Assembly (NCBI GenBank): GCA_964477415.1
Contig: CAYZDT010000001.1
Location: forward strand, 1 to 26,198
DNA from: an uncultured Candidatus Saccharibacteria bacterium
GTDB lineage: Bacteria > Patescibacteriota > Minisyncoccia > Phycocordibacterales > Phycocordibacteraceae
Reading direction: 5' to 3'
Length of the DNA: 26,198 nt
Below the pieces are notes generated by a model. It searched no databases, had not been told where the DNA came from, and worked only from the letters and a program-made list of their open reading frames with translations. This document shows positions 21,663 through 26,198 of this stretch, piece by piece. The position numbers were made by a program, and so were the translations under genes. The stretch's first letter is position 1, and each line of letters opens with the position of its first letter.

Positions 21663-22921
21663 GATCCTATTATATCTTTGCCCATGAAGGGACGGAGCAC
21701 GTTTGGCACAGCGATTGAACCGTCTTCCTGCTGGTAGTTCTCGATAATAGAAACGAGAATGCGGGGTGTCGCGACTGCGGTGTTATTTAACGAGTGCGCG
21801 TACTGCATCTTTCCTTCCGCGTCGCGGTAACGGATATTCAGGCGCCGTGTCTGGAAGTCATGGAAATAAGAAGCGGAGCTGATTTCGCGGTACGTCTCTT
21901 CGAGGGGCACCCATGCTTCGATATCGTACTTCTTCACTTGGCCGAGGCCGATATCCGCGCCGCAGTTTAAAACGGTGCGGTACGGAATGCCCAGAGATTC
22001 AACGAACTCTTCGGTGTTTCTCGTAAGCCACTCGTGCCACTTGACCGACTCTTCGTGGGAAGCCTGGCAGAGAATCACTTGTTCCCATTTGTAAAATTCG
22101 TGGACGCGAATCAGCCCCTTCACGTCCTTGCTGTAGGAACCCGCTTCGCGGCGGAAACAGGGGGAGAACGAAAGATATTTTTTCGGCATGTCCGACAATT
22201 CAAGCGTCTCGCCCATGTGATACCCCATCGTGGCGACTTCGGCCGTACCGGCGAGATAATCGCCGTCCTGCGTTTTATACAAATCCTCTTCGCCCTGCGG
22301 CACAAAACCCGTACCGAGAAAATTCACGCGGCGCGCCATCGAGGGAACAATCATCGGAGTAAAGCCTTTTTCGGTGAAAAACTTCTGCGCGTAATTCGTG
22401 ACCGCCATAGAGAGGAGCGCGCCGTCTCCGGTTAGAAAATAGCCGCGGAAGCCCGAGACTTTCGCGCCGCGCTCGAAATCAACCATGCCGAGAGCGGTCA
22501 TCAGTTCAATGTGGGACTTGGGCGTAAATGAAAACTTCGGCTTCTCGCCCCACGTCTTTACTTCCTGATTGTCGGCGTCCGATTTTCCGTCGGGAACGGA
22601 AGGATCCGGAATGTTCGGCACCTGAACCATGAGGGTCTGCCATTCGACCATCACGGTCTTCAATTCTTCTTCTTTTGCCGCCATTTCCTCTTTCAAGGCT
22701 TTCATGTCGCGGAGCATGGCATCGCGGTCTGCGGGTGAAGCCGAAGGAATTTTTGCGGACACTTCATTCTGCTTCGCGCGGAACGCCTCGACTTCGACAA
22801 GAAGTTTTCTGCGCAGGTCGTCTACGGAAACGAGACGGTCAAGATCAACCTCGACCAGTTTTTTCCCGGCGGCGGCTTTCACCAGTTCAAGGTTCTCCCT
22901 GATGAACTTGATGTCGAGCAT
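21659..22921 (-). CDS. serS: Seryl-tRNA synthetase
   Basis: MLDIKFIREN, coiled-coil arm, PNIPDPSVPDG, YLAGTAEV, PCFRREAGSYSKDVKGLIRVHEFYKWE, YDIEAW, HSLNNTAVATPR. Confidence 0.98.
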   Translation of the reverse strand: MLDIKFIRENLELVKAAAGKKLVEVDLDRLVSVDDLRRKLLVEVEAFRAKQNEVSAKIPSASPADRDAMLRDMKALKEEMAAKEEELKTVMVEWQTLMVQVPNIPDPSVPDGKSDADNQEVKTWGEKPKFSFTPKSHIELMTALGMVDFERGAKVSGFRGYFLTGDGALLSMAVTNYAQKFFTEKGFTPMIVPSMARRVNFLGTGFVPQGEEDLYKTQDGDYLAGTAEVATMGYHMGETLELSDMPKKYLSFSPCFRREAGSYSKDVKGLIRVHEFYKWEQVILCQASHEESVKWHEWLTRNTEEFVESLGIPYRTVLNCGADIGLGQVKKYDIEAWVPLEETYREISSASYFHDFQTRRLNIRYRDAEGKMQYAHSLNNTAVATPRILVSIIENYQQEDGSIAVPNVLRPFMGKDIIGS

Positions 22922-22946
22922 ACGGTGATACAGTGAATACTAGCAT

Positions 22947-23801
22947 ATGGCCGAAATAGAAGCCGTTCCCCTCTCGGGCGTTCTCTCTCCTCTTTCCGAA
23001 ATCCCTCAGCCGCCCGCGCGTATGTTTGTGCGCGGCACTTTGCCGCCCCTCGGCACCAAACTTCTTACCGTCGTCGGAAGCCGCGCGATGAGCGGATACG
23101 GCAAGAACGCGTGCGAACACCTGATTGCCGGCCTTGCAGGCTTCCCCGTCTCTATCGTCTCCGGTCTTGCCTTGGGCATAGACGGCGTCGCGCACCGCGC
23201 AGCCTTATCCGCAGGCCTCCATACGATTGCAGTTCCCGGCTCGGGCCTCGACGACTCGGTCATGTATCCGCGCGCCCACGCGGGCCTTGCGCTTGAAATC
23301 ATTAATAAAGGAGGGGCGCTTCTTTCTGAATTTGAACCCCTGTGGAAGCCGCGGCCGGAGTCATTCCCCCAGAGAAACCGCATTATGGCGGGTATGGCGC
23401 ACGCGACTTTAATAATAGAAGCGGGAGAGAAATCAGGCACGTTGATTACCGCCCGCCTCGCAACCGAATATAACCGCGAACTCTTGGCGGTGCCCCATTC
23501 GATATTCGCAGACGGCGGCGCGGGCGGACACCTGTTCATGAAACTGGGCGCAGCACCCGTACGCACCGTCGCGGACATACTTTCCGCGCTTGGCATCGAA
23601 ACCGAAGCACCGAGAGCGGCCTCCGCCTTGCTCAATGCAGAGGAGAAAATAATTATCGACATACTGAGAGAACCGATGCAGAAAGACGATCTTATTCGCG
23701 CATCAAAGCTTCGTGCGGGAGACGCGAACGTGCTTCTTTCATCGATGGAATTGCGCGGATTGATTGCGGAAACATACGGAGAAGTGCGTAAACTCATTTG
23801 A
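22947..23801 (+). CDS. dprA: DNA-processing protein DprA (Smf)
   Basis: VVGSRAMSGYG, IVSGLALGIDGVAH, FPQRNRIMAG, IEAGEKSGTLITA, C-terminal winged helix. Confidence 0.96.
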   Translation: MAEIEAVPLSGVLSPLSEIPQPPARMFVRGTLPPLGTKLLTVVGSRAMSGYGKNACEHLIAGLAGFPVSIVSGLALGIDGVAHRAALSAGLHTIAVPGSGLDDSVMYPRAHAGLALEIINKGGALLSEFEPLWKPRPESFPQRNRIMAGMAHATLIIEAGEKSGTLITARLATEYNRELLAVPHSIFADGGAGGHLFMKLGAAPVRTVADILSALGIETEAPRAASALLNAEEKIIIDILREPMQKDDLIRASKLRAGDANVLLSSMELRGLIAETYGEVRKLI

Positions 23802-23833
23802 CACGTTTCGGTTCGTAACGTACTACTGTCCGC

Positions 23834-26188
23834 ATGAAGCTCGTCATCGTTGAGTCGCCCGCGAAGGCGAAGACGATAGAAAAATACCTCGGCAAGGACT
23901 ATAAAGTTCTTGCGTCGGTCGGACATATCCGCGACCTCCCTAAGTCGAATAAAGATGCGGTAGACGTCGAAGGCGGATTCATCCCCCGCTACGTGACGGT
24001 GCCGGGAAAAGCGGAAGTCATACACAAAATAGAAGCCGCGGCGAAGAAAGCCGACGAGGTCCTTCTCGCGACCGACCCCGACCGCGAAGGCGAAGCTATC
24101 GCATGGCATGTCGCGGAAGCGGCCGGACTTAAAAAGGCGCGCCGGGTCGTTTTCAACGAAATTACCAAAGATGCGGTGATTGAGGCGATACAAAACCCGC
24201 GCGATGTCGATCAGAACCTGCGCCGCGCGCAGGAAGCCCGCCGCGTCCTCGACCGCCTCGTGGGTTACGACCTTTCCGGCCTTATCTGGAAAAAAGTGCG
24301 CTACGGACTCTCCGCGGGCCGCGTTCAATCTCCGGCCCTCCGGATTCTCTCCGAACGCGAGCGCGAAATCCGCGCCTTTGTTCCCGAGGAGTACTACGTA
24401 ATTACCGCGGATTTGAAGACAAAAAAGGGCGCCTCTTTCACCGCGACCTGTACGGAGGAGCCGAAAACCGCGAAGGAAGCTGAAGATATAGTGGCAAAAG
24501 GCAAGACGGGTTCATGGAGCGTGTCCGAAGTGACTGAATCTCCCGTAAAAAGAAGCCCGAAAGCGCCGTTCACCACTTCGACTCTCCAGCAAGCGGCATC
24601 GACCCGTCTCGGTTTTTCGCCCTCGCGCACGATGCGCACCGCGCAGAAACTGTACGAAGCGGGCCATATTACCTATATGCGTACCGACTCGACCAATCTT
24701 GCGGCGGTTGCGGTTGCGGCACTTGCCGCGTACGTAAAGAAGGAATACGGAAACGACTACCACGAAGGCCGGATGTATAAGACGAAGAGCAAGAACGCGC
24801 AGGAAGCGCACGAAGCCGTGCGTCCGACGGACATGTTCAAAGCGCATGCGGGTTCAACCGATGAAGAAGAAAAATTGTACGCCCTCATACATGCGCGCAC
24901 GGTCGCGAGCCAGATGAAAGACGCGGTTATGACGAGAACGAAAATAGTCGCAACGGCAGCCGGCATTCCCGACTTTACGGCAACGGGTTCTCAAATTGCG
25001 TTCGACGGCTGGCTCGCCGCGGATACGGCCGCGAAGGGCGAGGAAGTGGTGCTGCCAAACGTTTCCGAAGGCGAGTCTGTAACGGCGGAGTCGGTATCGG
25101 CGGAACAAAAATTCACGCAGCCGCCTCAGCGCTATACGGAAGCGGGCCTGGTTAAAGAACTGGAGAAGCGCGGCATCGGCCGTCCGTCTACCTACGCCTC
25201 TATTATCAAAACCCTTCTTGACCGCGAGTATGTAATTAAGGAGGGGCGCGCGCTGAAACCGACGACGACGGGCGAAGTGGTTTCGGAATTTCTCGAAAAA
25301 AACTTTGAAAAGTACGTGAGCGACTCGTTCACAGCGGAAATGGAGAATGAACTCGATCAGATTGCCGATGGAACTCGCGAATATTCGGAAACGCTGAAAG
25401 ATTTTTACGGACCGTTCTCGAAAGACGTCGCCGCAAAAGAAAATATTGAAAAACTGACCACCTTGGGCGACGTGTCCGACCAATTCCCCTGTCCCCTATG
25501 CGGCGCAAAGATGGTGATGAAACTGTCGCGAACGGGCGTCTTCATGAGCTGCTCCCGCTTCCCCGAATGCAAGGGCTCGAGAACCGAGACCGGTGCCGAA
25601 ATAAAAGACGGAGAGCCGATAGGTCTTCACCCGGATACGGGACACAAGATTTTCGTCAAAAACGGGCGTTTCGGGCCGTATCTTGAGATGGCGCCGGACG
25701 AGCCTGAAGAAAAGGCGGAAGGAAAAAAGAAAAAGGCGAAGAAGAAACCCGCCGGCAAACGCGCCTCGATTCCGCCCCACATAAATCCCGAAGCAATTAC
25801 CATGGCTGAGGCGGTGAAGCTCCTTTCCGTGCCGAGGGAAACCGGCATGCATCCCGAATCAGGAAAACCCGTAACCGCGGGCGTAGGCCGTTTCGGTCCG
25901 TTCATCGTCCACGACGGCGACTTCAGATCGCTGAAGGGCGCGGACAACCCGTACGACATTACGCATGAGCGCGCCCTTGAGATACTCGCGGAACCCAAGA
26001 AAACGCGCGCGGGAGTCGCGATAGTGCGCGAAGTAGGCGAACATCCGAAGACGAAGAAGAAAATTTATCTCTATAAATCGAAGAGCGGATTCTTTTTGAA
26101 AAAAGGGTTCAAACGCGTGACCGTTCCCGAAGCCGAGGCGGACACAATTGACCCTAAGCGCGCCGTCGAACTTTTGAAAACGATTTAA
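23834..26188 (+). CDS. topA: DNA topoisomerase I (type IA) with one C4 zinc ribbon followed by Topo_C-type repeats
   Basis: LVIVESPAKAKTI, ATDPDREGEAIAWH, SAGRVQS, ITYMRTDS (catalytic Tyr), GIGRPSTY; CPLC..CSRFPEC; repeats G.HP..G......GRFGP(Y/F). Confidence 0.98.
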   Translation: MKLVIVESPAKAKTIEKYLGKDYKVLASVGHIRDLPKSNKDAVDVEGGFIPRYVTVPGKAEVIHKIEAAAKKADEVLLATDPDREGEAIAWHVAEAAGLKKARRVVFNEITKDAVIEAIQNPRDVDQNLRRAQEARRVLDRLVGYDLSGLIWKKVRYGLSAGRVQSPALRILSEREREIRAFVPEEYYVITADLKTKKGASFTATCTEEPKTAKEAEDIVAKGKTGSWSVSEVTESPVKRSPKAPFTTSTLQQAASTRLGFSPSRTMRTAQKLYEAGHITYMRTDSTNLAAVAVAALAAYVKKEYGNDYHEGRMYKTKSKNAQEAHEAVRPTDMFKAHAGSTDEEEKLYALIHARTVASQMKDAVMTRTKIVATAAGIPDFTATGSQIAFDGWLAADTAAKGEEVVLPNVSEGESVTAESVSAEQKFTQPPQRYTEAGLVKELEKRGIGRPSTYASIIKTLLDREYVIKEGRALKPTTTGEVVSEFLEKNFEKYVSDSFTAEMENELDQIADGTREYSETLKDFYGPFSKDVAAKENIEKLTTLGDVSDQFPCPLCGAKMVMKLSRTGVFMSCSRFPECKGSRTETGAEIKDGEPIGLHPDTGHKIFVKNGRFGPYLEMAPDEPEEKAEGKKKKAKKKPAGKRASIPPHINPEAITMAEAVKLLSVPRETGMHPESGKPVTAGVGRFGPFIVHDGDFRSLKGADNPYDITHERALEILAEPKKTRAGVAIVREVGEHPKTKKKIYLYKSKSGFFLKKGFKRVTVPEAEADTIDPKRAVELLKTI

Positions 26189-26198
26189 CCGGCGCGCC

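Noticed and set aside
23798-23826. Internal promoter for topA (TTGACA-N17-TACTAC)
   Set aside because: The -10 lacks the conserved final T and the TTGACA overlaps the dprA stop; too weak to call.
1-26198. Alternative genetic code 25 (TGA=Gly)
   Set aside because: serS, dprA, pyrE and the peptidase end at TGA at the expected lengths, several in ATGA overlaps.

Overview
Prophage-free, densely packed chromosomal segment (genetic code 11; TGA is used as stop). It most likely comes from a Patescibacteria/CPR (Parcubacteria-like) genome. This is inferred from a short Zn-less DnaX, secreted proteins of a type I recall from CPR genomes, the dprA-topA pair and the near-absence of Shine-Dalgarno sites. 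Housekeeping genes: partial class Ia nrdA with two ATP-cones (runs off the left edge and is absent from the ORF track), dnaX, dus, ftsQ-like, serS, dprA, topA and tRNA-Gln(TTG). Accessory genes: cytidylyltransferase, M24 peptidase, HAD hydrolase, FNR-like oxidoreductase, GCS2 ligase, TspO, two MliC-like proteins, an Ig-repeat/peptidoglycan-binding surface protein, a pyrE-deaminase-argH operon and a catalytic-domain-only AsnRS paralog. Most notable: (1) a consensus promoter, then a leaderless 18-codon ORF running through a terminator just upstream of pyrE (attenuator architecture with an A-rich rather than U-rich tract); (2) an intact tRNA-Gln nested inside a long hairpin that interrupts a second, degenerate tRNA-Gln copy; (3) an intact class I aldolase homolog lacking all three catalytic lysines; (4) a recurring -10 box 6-9 nt before start codons, implying widespread leaderless mRNAs. 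No CRISPR, integrase, transposase or rRNA was seen. All family calls are by eye from remembered motifs; no database search was run.
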